The position numbers and the translations under genes were made by a program. 60,000 bases of DNA from Botryllus schlosseri (taxonomy: Eukaryota): NCBI GenBank assembly GCA_051294905.1, contig CM119371.1, forward strand, positions 17,982,001 to 18,042,000, in the 5' to 3' direction. Positions 1 through 13,563 of the stretch are shown piece by piece. The notes beneath the pieces were generated by a model. The model made no database searches. It worked only from the letters and a program-made list of their open reading frames with translations, and was not told the DNA's origin. Numbering within the stretch: position 1 is the first letter of the stretch; each line of letters starts with the position of its first letter.

Positions 1-3000
1 AGTAACGAATAACAGAACCGTCGCAGACGGTGATTCGAATACCGACAAATTCTCACTTATTTCTGATCCAACCCTAATCCTCTGTGAAGTTGAGGCTTAT
101 TCGAAAAGGTGTGAAATAATTGTAAAACCCTACGTCGCTGACAGGATAATGCATCAGACATAGCGATCTAGTTATAGCATGGTCGGGATCCATTCGGGTT
201 CTATAGGTAAATCCAGATAATCCAAAATGAAATATTTGGACTTTGGCGTAGTGTGAATTGAAATAGGATTGACAAACAAGACTACCAAATTTCAACCCGG
301 TCATATTTAGAGATTATACACATATTGATTTGAAACAAGTAATGAAACCTTACAACTCTATTCACGATCCGGCTTTCCGTTTGTCAAAGAGACATTTTAA
401 CATCTTACCATACTCAAAAGAATTATTCATAATATCAACCGGTGTTAAAAATATAGTTTTCACTTACTTGATTATACCACTACAATTCACAAACTTGAAT
501 TAATTCATCCTGGTTGTATTCGTATGATCGGTCTTTTTTATTCAATTGTAAAGGTTGTTACTATTCTGAAGACAAAGTATTTACTAATCGCTGCATATAC
601 GATTCGACTTGAACATATTATATTTTGAGTATACGAGATTTGAATGTCTGAACAATAACTGACTAATAATTTATCACAATTAAATCCGTATATTACAGCG
701 TAAAAGATATTTGAACGTCAGCAACTCTGTACGGTCATAGTTACTACCACTAATTTACCCGGCCAACTCGTCATGATCATTCCTGAAATCTACACAAACA
801 TGACCACTGACTAGAGTTAACCACAAAATAGCATCGAGTTTTAAATCCAGTTGTAGCTTACGTATTATTTGAATGCGGGTTATGTTTTGTTATAATTGGG
901 TATACGGATAAAGTATTAGGGCTCGACATTTTAACATTTTGCCATACTCAGTCAATCAGGAAAACATTGTCAAGTAAATCCGTTACCCGACCAACTCAAC
1001 AATATCCTTATGAAAAGTAGACAAGACTACGCGAGTAATCACTAAAACCTAAAATCCATAACAAGTTCGGTTTTACTCATATCCCTACGACGCATCATTT
1101 TTATTCTGCAAGACAAACTAATTACTACTCGGTATATTTTGTAAGACAAAAGTAATTACTCTTCGGTACAGGGGACTTGAGCTTAACATAATATGTTTGA
1201 GTATATGAGATTTGAAAGGTCGAGCAACGTAGTTAAGAATTCATTTCTTATACGATCAAACGCCGGTGTTACATCGAAAGTTATCATGCTGTAAACATAA
1301 GGATTGACACATTGATTTGACATATGTAATAGTTGATCATGACTTGATTATTAAATTATTCGCGTTAATTAGACCCGGTGTTGTGGTAAAGGTTATTATG
1401 ACAGCAACAAACTTTTCACTACCGTGGTTATTAACATATTGATTTGTAAAACTATACTTGTCTGAAATGTTCTTGATTTGAAAGATATTCCGTGTTGGTA
1501 CAAATCACTCTGCGTATTACGGATATCAGAAAATATTTTTACAAATGTAGTTGTTTCCAGTAACCAAGACTAAAGATGACACAACAATTTCGTTATTCAA
1601 ACATTGAACACCCGATGCAAAATGCTTTATTGGTCAAATTCGCAACGGGTAATTGAAACGACTAAGTGTAGAGTCAGTATATCACAATATCGTTACTATT
1701 GAATCCAGCAATTGATACGATTTATTGTCGGGATTTGTGATAGTACATTGAAACATACACAACTTACAGAGTGTGAAAATATCACTTTGTGTATCGAGTA
1801 CCGTTTGAAGCGTGCGATCAATACATAATTCCGTTCGCACTCTCTAAGACGTTGTGAAGTCTACAGATTTACACTTCAAGACTTTGATCAACACAGAAGC
1901 AATTTGGAATATCTTTACTGGACGCATCCTATTCTACTAGACTTGAGTAATACACAAAACTCATAGCATTAACAAAATCGCAATAGGCGCTACACTGAAA
2001 TCTACAAAATGTGTTTGTATTGCTCAAAGTAGTGATCATAAATTATCATTTGAATAAGTAATTGTAATCATAAAACCAAACTTGCGAAAGTCATTACCAT
2101 AACAAAAGAATATTGTAGGTTGCTTGCTAAATGTATGCCGGAAATATTTGTAGAACGCTCACGACCAAAGAAATCGGAAATCTTCCTATTGTCATTCGTC
2201 AAAGTATATGTTGACACAATACTCATCCCGTAAAAGATCTTACTTGTATGTGATTAAATCGCCGGTAATTAACTCGCTAAATCAAACCATAAGGAAATTT
2301 CACTCACTCGATGGATATGAAACAGCGTCGCTTAATCGGTCTATATCGTTTTTCTAAAGGTAAATCATATCCAGCCAATTGAAAACAATTTTCACTAGCT
2401 TGGTAATGAAACCGAAGTCTTCATTCAACGTTTTGTTTGTGTCAAATACTTTGCAATAAACACACTGGAGTGGTTCAGCTTTACATCATCAGACTGTAAT
2501 CTGTAAATCAAGCTTACATCCGATTTGTAACTGCATTGTTTACCTAACCGAGCTGTATGCATAGTTTGATATTTTTGTCTAGTGATTGCGGAACATACCA
2601 AACGATACACATTCACTCCCGAAATACTGCGTTGATCTCAATTCCCTTTGTCGTGATAATCGAAGTACATTTGTTTCGAATTCGTAACAACCGACTACTT
2701 TTCTACGACATGATAAATTTTTGACAAGTTATGCTTAGAAGATTGGTTGCATATCGCGAAAAATAATATAGCACTCATATTGACACTCATATTACTTGAG
2801 TTTCTCCGCTTACTATATGTAAATGTAACCTCGTCCATCTTTCAAAACCACAACGAACAACGATGAAAAGTATGCAATCAAACACAACATGTTTTACTTT
2901 TGTAGGACACTAATTATTATCTCATTTCATACTACGTGTATAAGAAAGATATTCATGACACACGAAAATATTCGCTCATGCTACGAACCTGTACAATCAT

Positions 3001-5150
3001 TGGTGACGCTTTCAAACTGGTTCGACGTCACAAGAACTTTATTGTCTGAGTCATTGTTCATGTATCTTAATAATCAAATAGTTCAACACAGAACTAGTAC
3101 TAACAGAAACATCAGAGTTGTTTACACAAAAGTTTGTATATGTGCACAGTATACGAATACCATGTGTAAGTCCAGCACAATTGTGGTATCCATACGAGTT
3201 TAGTTACCACAATTTACGACACCGAGGTCGCGTCATCTTTCGTAAGACAACAAACCAAGGCTTCAGGATATGTCCATGTCATAGCAATAAATCAGCTACT
3301 CCAACAACAGAGTGCATATGTTTCTAGTTACGGTGCTTACATCTTACACACAAATCAATCTACTTTACTAACGAAAAGTGGTGAGTCATCATATGGTTGT
3401 CCTCACAACTAAATCATACTATCATACAAAATGGTCGTTATAGTTTGCACACCAACGGTACATCATACAAGTAACAAGTCTCGAGAATCCCGTTATTCAA
3501 AAAACGTGAACGTATTTCTACACCAAGTCGTTATGTTGATGAAAGCGTATATTGTAATATCATGATCGATTTGCATTCGTTGGTCACAAACTGTCACTAC
3601 TCTAAATAATTCTTTTCACCCAAACACAAACGCATACTTGTCACCATTCGTTTTCATCAAGCACGAGTTCGAGAAACTTACTTACTACGACATGAATTTT
3701 TATTTTTTATGTTGTGTAAATAGGTAATAATTAATTCAAGTAACACTATATCAACATCATCGAGTTGTGCTAATAGATTTACATGTGGTCTTGTGGTTTT
3801 CGTCGGGACATACAACACGAACTAACTGTAGACTCCTCTCTGTTGTACAGCTACTCGGTAATCGAAATGCATTAACATGTAAACAACGATCTTGTGTCGT
3901 CACACCAAAAATATGTTCACTGTCGCGATACCCCGCACAAGACATGCATAGCCTTTTCACACTCGTAATAGTATACCAACGTCAAGCGATAACGTTTAAC
4001 AACACCAACGACACTGAACCCGCGACGTTTACCTATGTAAAATTACCATTTTCACCCGGAGGCCTGCCGTTTCCTGGAGTAACAAACCTTTTTCACTTGG
4101 AAATATATTTTTTCTCTGGTTAACAAACGTTTTTCGCTTGGAAATATATTTTTTCTCTGGGCAACAAACCATTTTCACTTGGTGGTCCGTCGTTTACCCG
4201 AGTAAAAATATCATTTTCCTTTGGAGATCCGGCGTTTACCCAGTGTAACAATACATTTTCACTTGGAAAAATACTTTAACCTAGAGTAACTAATCATTTT
4301 CTCCTGGGTAACAAACCCTTTTTGTCTGGAAAACTATCATTTGCCTGAGTACCAATACCGTTTTCACTTGGAAATCTATCTTTCACCTGGGTAACAATAT
4401 CATTTTCGTTTTGAAAACTGACAACCACACCGGACAATTTGATATTTTTGTATATTGTTACAACGGACAGTGACAAAATACACACCAACAACGACTCCGA
4501 TACATTTGTCCAATCAAATATTCACTTGCTCTGATGCATCCCATCAAAATCATTGGTTACTCACATACAATAACAATGTGCTGTTGTACATCGACATGTA
4601 TGTTTTCGGAATTGGTGAATAAAGGGGTTTCCGATATGTCCGTGATGTCTGGGTTCGTGCTTTGGATTTTCCAGAGTCAAAATGTCTGAATAAAACACCT
4701 CCTCGACTTTGGTAACTGGTTGATAAACGGATAGTGGTGTTCGGAAAACGGGTGAATTTATGTTCCCCATCGCGCTAACAACTCCGGGTTACTTGTGAGT
4801 TTCCTCGGGTCTGTTTACTATATTGGGTCTTTACTGATCAATACATGTCGCTCCAGTCAGCTGAAACCGGATCACTAATATGAGAAAGTGTGTGGGGGCC
4901 TGATCCGGATATTCACTCATGAACCAAAGACCAATATTCAAGTAAACATGTTACAGACCGTGTTTTGTCTCCATGAAAAATACCAATGCATACACCATCA
5001 CATACAAGTAACGTCACGATTGTTCACAAGTATTCGCGTAAACGAGGTGTACATACAATGTGTCGGTGTACAAACATCATGGAAAACAGATTCATGTTCT
5101 CAAGTATCATCATGCGACGACTCTGTACATTCAATGTGGGCATAGATGAC
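1..5150 (+). repeat. Left arm of giant inverted repeat (probably extends beyond window start)
   Basis: Position x pairs with 11278-x, and every ORF here has an identical mirror ORF (e.g. 74..304- / 10974..11204+). I noticed only three mismatches (811/10467, 1790/9488, 4284/6994) in a non-exhaustive comparison. Confidence 0.97.
4020..4420. repeat. Degenerate ~42-bp tandem repeat (mirror copy at ~6858-7258)
   Basis: Recurring TTTTCACTTGGAAA...GGTAACAA units. In the mirror orientation they read as 14-aa FPSENxxxT-like units broken by stops and frameshifts. Confidence 0.8.
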
Positions 5151-6127
5151 ACACGACATGATAAAATGGACAGTGCATTATGCATACCGATACATTCTCA
5201 GTCAAATATGCGAACCGTGTACTATCACGCATCCCGATTTTCGCTGAATATCCACAACACCAACAAATCTGTACATTTCTTTTCCCTCGACCTCGACGAT
5301 AGAGTTGTCATCCCAATGTACCAATCGAGTGTATGGTTCATCAGGTGTAAAATCCAAATCAAATGTCACCAAGGTATCGTTTTTCATTTTCAATATTTCC
5401 ACCGCTGCATCTTGTCTGTGTCGTAAAACAACGGTGTGGGGCCAGAGGAATCTATGGACAGTTACGCGTAGTCCCATATTTACTCGTGGGTATACTCAGG
5501 TAACGACAACGCTTTCTCAGTGGTCTGCGTGGGTGAACCGTTTCAATACGTAGCTGGATCAACTAGACCAAAAGTTTCCAACCGTGATTTATGTTGACCT
5601 GTCGAGTTACGAGATAGCACCCTCTTGCGGTGTGATTAACACGAAATAAGCCTTCAACTCACAGAGACACACCTTGGAGTACATTATCTAATCGTAATCG
5701 AACTCGAGATTCACACACACACACAGAGTCCCTGTTTACGATTTCAATCCGGAGTCACTGTTCACGATGTTTATCTGTAGTCGTTATGTGGGAGTAGCGA
5801 CATCTGACATATTCATCGCGTGAAAGATTGATAGCGATGGTGATCGCCAAATACATAAAATCAGGTGAAACACTGCGGTCTCAGCAAAAAAGTTTGCAGG
5901 TTAGGACGACCAATACGTGGAGGGATTGAGCGAGTTACGCAACCCGATTATGTCGAAGTCTGGATCACGATACAAGTCTACTTGAAAATCCGGACAATCT
6001 TGCAAAATCAAGGTGTGAACCCGTGAAAGGGTTGTACTCGTGTGAGATTCATTTTTCACAAGTTGGGTTGAGGCGGTTCATACTAAGACCATGTTACGTC
6101 CAAATATGGCTGCTTGCCTGTCTCCAA
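5151..6127. other. Unique 977-bp spacer of the palindrome
   Basis: Symmetry ends at 5150/6128 (..CATAGATGAC | GTCATCTATG..). Contains a 91-aa protein-like ORF (5202..5477-) of unrecognised family. Confidence 0.9.
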
Positions 6128-9100
6128 GTCATCTATGCCCACATTGAATGTACAGAGTCGTCGCATGATGATACTTGAGAACATGAATCTGTTTTCCATG
6201 ATGTTTGTACACCGACACATTGTATGTACACCTCGTTTACGCGAATACTTGTGAACAATCGTGACGTTACTTGTATGTGATGGTGTATGCATTGGTATTT
6301 TTCATGGAGACAAAACACGGTCTGTAACATGTTTACTTGAATATTGGTCTTTGGTTCATGAGTGAATATCCGGATCAGGCCCCCACACACTTTCTCATAT
6401 TAGTGATCCGGTTTCAGCTGACTGGAGCGACATGTATTGATCAGTAAAGACCCAATATAGTAAACAGACCCGAGGAAACTCACAAGTAACCCGGAGTTGT
6501 TAGCGCGATGGGGAACATAAATTCACCCGTTTTCCGAACACCACTATCCGTTTATCAACCAGTTACCAAAGTCGAGGAGGTGTTTTATTCAGACATTTTG
6601 ACTCTGGAAAATCCAAAGCACGAACCCAGACATCACGGACATATCGGAAACCCCTTTATTCACCAATTCCGAAAACATACATGTCGATGTACAACAGCAC
6701 ATTGTTATTGTATGTGAGTAACCAATGATTTTGATGGGATGCATCAGAGCAAGTGAATATTTGATTGGACAAATGTATCGGAGTCGTTGTTGGTGTGTAT
6801 TTTGTCACTGTCCGTTGTAACAATATACAAAAATATCAAATTGTCCGGTGTGGTTGTCAGTTTTCAAAACGAAAATGATATTGTTACCCAGGTGAAAGAT
6901 AGATTTCCAAGTGAAAACGGTATTGGTACTCAGGCAAATGATAGTTTTCCAGACAAAAAGGGTTTGTTACCCAGGAGAAAATGATTAGTTACTGTAGGTT
7001 AAAGTATTTTTCCAAGTGAAAATGTATTGTTACACTGGGTAAACGCCGGATCTCCAAAGGAAAATGATATTTTTACTCGGGTAAACGACGGACCACCAAG
7101 TGAAAATGGTTTGTTGCCCAGAGAAAAAATATATTTCCAAGCGAAAAACGTTTGTTAACCAGAGAAAAAATATATTTCCAAGTGAAAAAGGTTTGTTACT
7201 CCAGGAAACGGCAGGCCTCCGGGTGAAAATGGTAATTTTACATAGGTAAACGTCGCGGGTTCAGTGTCGTTGGTGTTGTTAAACGTTATCGCTTGACGTT
7301 GGTATACTATTACGAGTGTGAAAAGGCTATGCATGTCTTGTGCGGGGTATCGCGACAGTGAACATATTTTTGGTGTGACGACACAAGATCGTTGTTTACA
7401 TGTTAATGCATTTCGATTACCGAGTAGCTGTACAACAGAGAGGAGTCTACAGTTAGTTCGTGTTGTATGTCCCGACGAAAACCACAAGACCACATGTAAA
7501 TCTATTAGCACAACTCGATGATGTTGATATAGTGTTACTTGAATTAATTATTACCTATTTACACAACATAAAAAATAAAAATTCATGTCGTAGTAAGTAA
7601 GTTTCTCGAACTCGTGCTTGATGAAAACGAATGGTGACAAGTATGCGTTTGTGTTTGGGTGAAAAGAATTATTTAGAGTAGTGACAGTTTGTGACCAACG
7701 AATGCAAATCGATCATGATATTACAATATACGCTTTCATCAACATAACGACTTGGTGTAGAAATACGTTCACGTTTTTTGAATAACGGGATTCTCGAGAC
7801 TTGTTACTTGTATGATGTACCGTTGGTGTGCAAACTATAACGACCATTTTGTATGATAGTATGATTTAGTTGTGAGGACAACCATATGATGACTCACCAC
7901 TTTTCGTTAGTAAAGTAGATTGATTTGTGTGTAAGATGTAAGCACCGTAACTAGAAACATATGCACTCTGTTGTTGGAGTAGCTGATTTATTGCTATGAC
8001 ATGGACATATCCTGAAGCCTTGGTTTGTTGTCTTACGAAAGATGACGCGACCTCGGTGTCGTAAATTGTGGTAACTAAACTCGTATGGATACCACAATTG
8101 TGCTGGACTTACACATGGTATTCGTATACTGTGCACATATACAAACTTTTGTGTAAACAACTCTGATGTTTCTGTTAGTACTAGTTCTGTGTTGAACTAT
8201 TTGATTATTAAGATACATGAACAATGACTCAGACAATAAAGTTCTTGTGACGTCGAACCAGTTTGAAAGCGTCACCAATGATTGTACAGGTTCGTAGCAT
8301 GAGCGAATATTTTCGTGTGTCATGAATATCTTTCTTATACACGTAGTATGAAATGAGATAATAATTAGTGTCCTACAAAAGTAAAACATGTTGTGTTTGA
8401 TTGCATACTTTTCATCGTTGTTCGTTGTGGTTTTGAAAGATGGACGAGGTTACATTTACATATAGTAAGCGGAGAAACTCAAGTAATATGAGTGTCAATA
8501 TGAGTGCTATATTATTTTTCGCGATATGCAACCAATCTTCTAAGCATAACTTGTCAAAAATTTATCATGTCGTAGAAAAGTAGTCGGTTGTTACGAATTC
8601 GAAACAAATGTACTTCGATTATCACGACAAAGGGAATTGAGATCAACGCAGTATTTCGGGAGTGAATGTGTATCGTTTGGTATGTTCCGCAATCACTAGA
8701 CAAAAATATCAAACTATGCATACAGCTCGGTTAGGTAAACAATGCAGTTACAAATCGGATGTAAGCTTGATTTACAGATTACAGTCTGATGATGTAAAGC
8801 TGAACCACTCCAGTGTGTTTATTGCAAAGTATTTGACACAAACAAAACGTTGAATGAAGACTTCGGTTTCATTACCAAGCTAGTGAAAATTGTTTTCAAT
8901 TGGCTGGATATGATTTACCTTTAGAAAAACGATATAGACCGATTAAGCGACGCTGTTTCATATCCATCGAGTGAGTGAAATTTCCTTATGGTTTGATTTA
9001 GCGAGTTAATTACCGGCGATTTAATCACATACAAGTAAGATCTTTTACGGGATGAGTATTGTGTCAACATATACTTTGACGAATGACAATAGGAAGATTT

Positions 9101-11277
9101 CCGATTTCTTTGGTCGTGAGCGTTCTACAAATATTTCCGGCATACATTTAGCAAGCAACCTACAATATTCTTTTGTTATGGTAATGACTTTCGCAAGTTT
9201 GGTTTTATGATTACAATTACTTATTCAAATGATAATTTATGATCACTACTTTGAGCAATACAAACACATTTTGTAGATTTCAGTGTAGCGCCTATTGCGA
9301 TTTTGTTAATGCTATGAGTTTTGTGTATTACTCAAGTCTAGTAGAATAGGATGCGTCCAGTAAAGATATTCCAAATTGCTTCTGTGTTGATCAAAGTCTT
9401 GAAGTGTAAATCTGTAGACTTCACAACGTCTTAGAGAGTGCGAACGGAATTATGTATTGATCGCACGCTTCAAACGGTACTCGATACCCAAAGTGATATT
9501 TTCACACTCTGTAAGTTGTGTATGTTTCAATGTACTATCACAAATCCCGACAATAAATCGTATCAATTGCTGGATTCAATAGTAACGATATTGTGATATA
9601 CTGACTCTACACTTAGTCGTTTCAATTACCCGTTGCGAATTTGACCAATAAAGCATTTTGCATCGGGTGTTCAATGTTTGAATAACGAAATTGTTGTGTC
9701 ATCTTTAGTCTTGGTTACTGGAAACAACTACATTTGTAAAAATATTTTCTGATATCCGTAATACGCAGAGTGATTTGTACCAACACGGAATATCTTTCAA
9801 ATCAAGAACATTTCAGACAAGTATAGTTTTACAAATCAATATGTTAATAACCACGGTAGTGAAAAGTTTGTTGCTGTCATAATAACCTTTACCACAACAC
9901 CGGGTCTAATTAACGCGAATAATTTAATAATCAAGTCATGATCAACTATTACATATGTCAAATCAATGTGTCAATCCTTATGTTTACAGCATGATAACTT
10001 TCGATGTAACACCGGCGTTTGATCGTATAAGAAATGAATTCTTAACTACGTTGCTCGACCTTTCAAATCTCATATACTCAAACATATTATGTTAAGCTCA
10101 AGTCCCCTGTACCGAAGAGTAATTACTTTTGTCTTACAAAATATACCGAGTAGTAATTAGTTTGTCTTGCAGAATAAAAATGATGCGTCGTAGGGATATG
10201 AGTAAAACCGAACTTGTTATGGATTTTAGGTTTTAGTGATTACTCGCGTAGTCTTGTCTACTTTTCATAAGGATATTGTTGAGTTGGTCGGGTAACGGAT
10301 TTACTTGACAATGTTTTCCTGATTGACTGAGTATGGCAAAATGTTAAAATGTCGAGCCCTAATACTTTATCCGTATACCCAATTATAACAAAACATAACC
10401 CGCATTCAAATAATACGTAAGCTACAACTGGATTTAAAACTCGATGCTATTTTGTGGTTAACTCTATTCAGTGGTCATGTTTGTGTAGATTTCAGGAATG
10501 ATCATGACGAGTTGGCCGGGTAAATTAGTGGTAGTAACTATGACCGTACAGAGTTGCTGACGTTCAAATATCTTTTACGCTGTAATATACGGATTTAATT
10601 GTGATAAATTATTAGTCAGTTATTGTTCAGACATTCAAATCTCGTATACTCAAAATATAATATGTTCAAGTCGAATCGTATATGCAGCGATTAGTAAATA
10701 CTTTGTCTTCAGAATAGTAACAACCTTTACAATTGAATAAAAAAGACCGATCATACGAATACAACCAGGATGAATTAATTCAAGTTTGTGAATTGTAGTG
10801 GTATAATCAAGTAAGTGAAAACTATATTTTTAACACCGGTTGATATTATGAATAATTCTTTTGAGTATGGTAAGATGTTAAAATGTCTCTTTGACAAACG
10901 GAAAGCCGGATCGTGAATAGAGTTGTAAGGTTTCATTACTTGTTTCAAATCAATATGTGTATAATCTCTAAATATGACCGGGTTGAAATTTGGTAGTCTT
11001 GTTTGTCAATCCTATTTCAATTCACACTACGCCAAAGTCCAAATATTTCATTTTGGATTATCTGGATTTACCTATAGAACCCGAATGGATCCCGACCATG
11101 CTATAACTAGATCGCTATGTCTGATGCATTATCCTGTCAGCGACGTAGGGTTTTACAATTATTTCACACCTTTTCGAATAAGCCTCAACTTCACAGAGGA
11201 TTAGGGTTGGATCAGAAATAAGTGAGAATTTGTCGGTATTCGAATCACCGTCTGCGACGGTTCTGTTATTCGTTACT
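6128..11277 (-). repeat. Right arm of giant inverted repeat
   Basis: Reverse complement of 1-5150; ends ...TTCTGTTATTCGTTACT at 11277. Confidence 0.97.
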
Positions 11278-11319
11278 TATTAAATGTTACCAGTGAAATC
11301 CAGTTCCGTGACATACTGA

Positions 11320-11710
11320 TTATCAAAATATTACATTGTGGCGATTGGAATGTATGTAACAACAAGTTGCGAGGGATGGCTATGTCTTAGGTGTTATCTC
11401 GTGAGCGATCGTGGGATTTGCAACCTATTTCACACCTTTTTGAAGTGTTAGTTTGTGAACGCGGCTATTGTTGGTATCACCGTCTACGCCAGTTATGTGA
11501 CAAACTTATTACCAAAATATTACATTGTCAACGATCGGCATGTATGTAACAGCGAGTCGCGAGCGATGGTTATGTCTTAGGTATTATCTTGTGAGCGATC
11601 GCGGGATTTTACCAATATTTCGCACCTTTTTGGAGTGTTAGTTTGTGAACGCGGTTATTGTTGGTATTCGAATCGCCGTCTACGCCGGCTCTGTGGTAAA
11701 CTAATTACCA
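11320..11710. repeat. Two tandem ~190-bp degenerate units
   Basis: CAAAATATTACATTGT...ATGTATGTAAC...GTGTTAGTTTGTGAACGCGG repeated at ~11323 and ~11513; partial related units at ~11160 and ~11740. Confidence 0.8.
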
Positions 11711-11754
11711 AGCGACTGATTCCTAGATTTAGCAAACTATTTCACACCCTTTTT

Positions 11755-12299
11755 GGTGAAAGTACGACATGCCGCCCGCAGTCTATAACCGAAAGTACGA
11801 ATCACCGCCGTGTCCATAAGAATAACGATATATTGAAGTCACATTCACCGTAAACGTTGGGATTAACTCGAATCGGTCATATATAATAATTTGGGATATA
11901 CACATTAACTAAGAGTCAATCACGTGACTATTTACTTGATACATATTCAACACCAGTCGAGAGATGTCTATACCCGAAAGTACGATATGCCGACGCACCC
12001 ATAAGAACACATTGGGAATCACCACCACTGCCTATACGCGAAATACGACATGTGAAAGTACGACGTGCGACAGATGCCTATACCTAAAAGTACGATGTGC
12101 CAACACGAGTTTTCAATACGATATGCGACAGATGCCTATACCTGAAAGTACGATGTGCGAGCGCACCCATAAGAACGCATTACGATGTGCGACCGAGAGG
12201 GGGGTCCAAAAGTACGATGTGCCACCACGAGTTTTCCATACGATGTGCGACCGCACCATAAGAGCCCCTGCCAGGTCACGAGCGATCATACTAACTACT
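11755..12299. mobile_element. Putative Polinton/Maverick-like terminal region: subterminal TACGAYRTGC motif array ending in ...TAACTACT
   Basis: About 10-11 copies of (AAG)TACGATGTGC. The reverse complement of the end reads 5'-AGTAGTTAGTATG, matching the AG/AGT-repeat termini described for Polintons. No Polinton core gene recognised. Confidence 0.5.
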
Positions 12300-12556
12300 C
12301 CCGGCTAGGCATTCGCAAAGCGAAAACACAGAAGAGAATTCGATTTTCGCAGAGACTTCGCTATATATGGGCATTTACAAGCGAAAGGACAAGAAGTATA
12401 CGATTTTCGCTGTGATTTCGGTTTATATAGATAGGTGTGCGTCTATAAATGGTGAAGAATTGTTATTGAACAGAATTTTAGGTGGGGCAATGCCCCAGTT
12501 GCCCTATAGGACGAGCCGCCACTGGTACAAAGCTACCATGGCGGACGTCATTTTAG

Positions 12557-13563
12557 TAGGGATGGTGTGAACCTCTGAAAGGTTCAGGTTCGTGTGAACG
12601 CGAACCTTTTTGAAAGGTTCTGTGTGAACGCGAACGCGAACCTCATGACGTCACATGACGTCATTTTCCTAATTCTAACCCTACATTTCAGTGAAGTGAT
12701 AGCCTATATTAATGTACACGATACCTAGCGACGACTCTGGCCACATGATGCCACAATGCTGAAGTACATATTGACGATCTAAACGTCACCAAATGTATCA
12801 ACTGGGACAATCAAATGATATAATAATACTCCATAAAATCACTACCTTCCGTCGCTTTGCCAACAATTTCGACAAGTACTTGCAAGGGAATATATGCTTA
12901 CGTCTAGGCCAGACCGGACAATGTATTCGACGTCTGAGTATTGCTATACGTTGATATTGAGCAGAGTGTAAAACGGATTTCTATACTTGCTACCGATAAT
13001 ACCCCATTAACAAGTTTTACAGCAGTAGCCAACACCCCAATCGCACGGATTTAGTTTTTATGATACAATAATAGACATTTAAGATTGACCCAGTACGCCT
13101 GCTATACTTTTTACATCAGACAACGATATCAATCTCATTGATTGGTTGAATAAGCATCATTTCGCTGACTACCTTAATACCTAGTGTATTTCACTCTTGA
13201 TGATGTGTGATTGCGGGTAACGCTCACAGCAGAGAGTAACTAAATATTCCCAAACGGAAATGCTTGATATTTCGAGTAAACTTCTGTAACAAAGTAAGTA
13301 AAATTTTTTAGATTGCCAATATGCATGCTCTGCTCATTTAGTGTTGATTTTTTTTATGCTGCCAGCGCCATTCATAGAGTGACCCAGAGTTGAAATGCAA
13401 TGCAATGCAATGAGAGATGCAATGCAATGAAGTGAAAATTGTAATATATGAAAAAGGTTCACAGTGCAGAACCTACCGAGGTTCGTTTGTGAACGTGAAC
13501 CTTTAAATTTCCGAGGTTCACACACAGAACGCGAACGTGAACCTCACGTTCACACCATCCCTA
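12557..13563. mobile_element. Non-autonomous hAT element (family A), 1007 bp
   Basis: TIR TAGGGATGGTGTGAAC / GTTCACACCATCCCTA, perfect 8-bp TSD CATTTTAG, subterminal GTGAAC repeats. Confidence 0.95.

Noticed and set aside
4020..4420. 42-bp array as CRISPR or iterons
   Set aside because: Contiguous degenerate tandem units without unique spacers.
5630..5642. Small hairpin GTGT-GATTA-ACAC near the palindrome centre
   Set aside because: Only 4 bp and off-centre, as expected by chance.
74..11204. Paired identical short ORFs as real genes
   Set aside because: Their identity only reflects the palindrome; none has a recognisable domain, so they are not called as CDS.
11755..12260. Short repeats with variable spacers resembling a CRISPR array
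   Set aside because: Repeats are ~12 bp and degenerate, the spacers are themselves repetitive and irregular, there are no cas genes and the context is eukaryotic.
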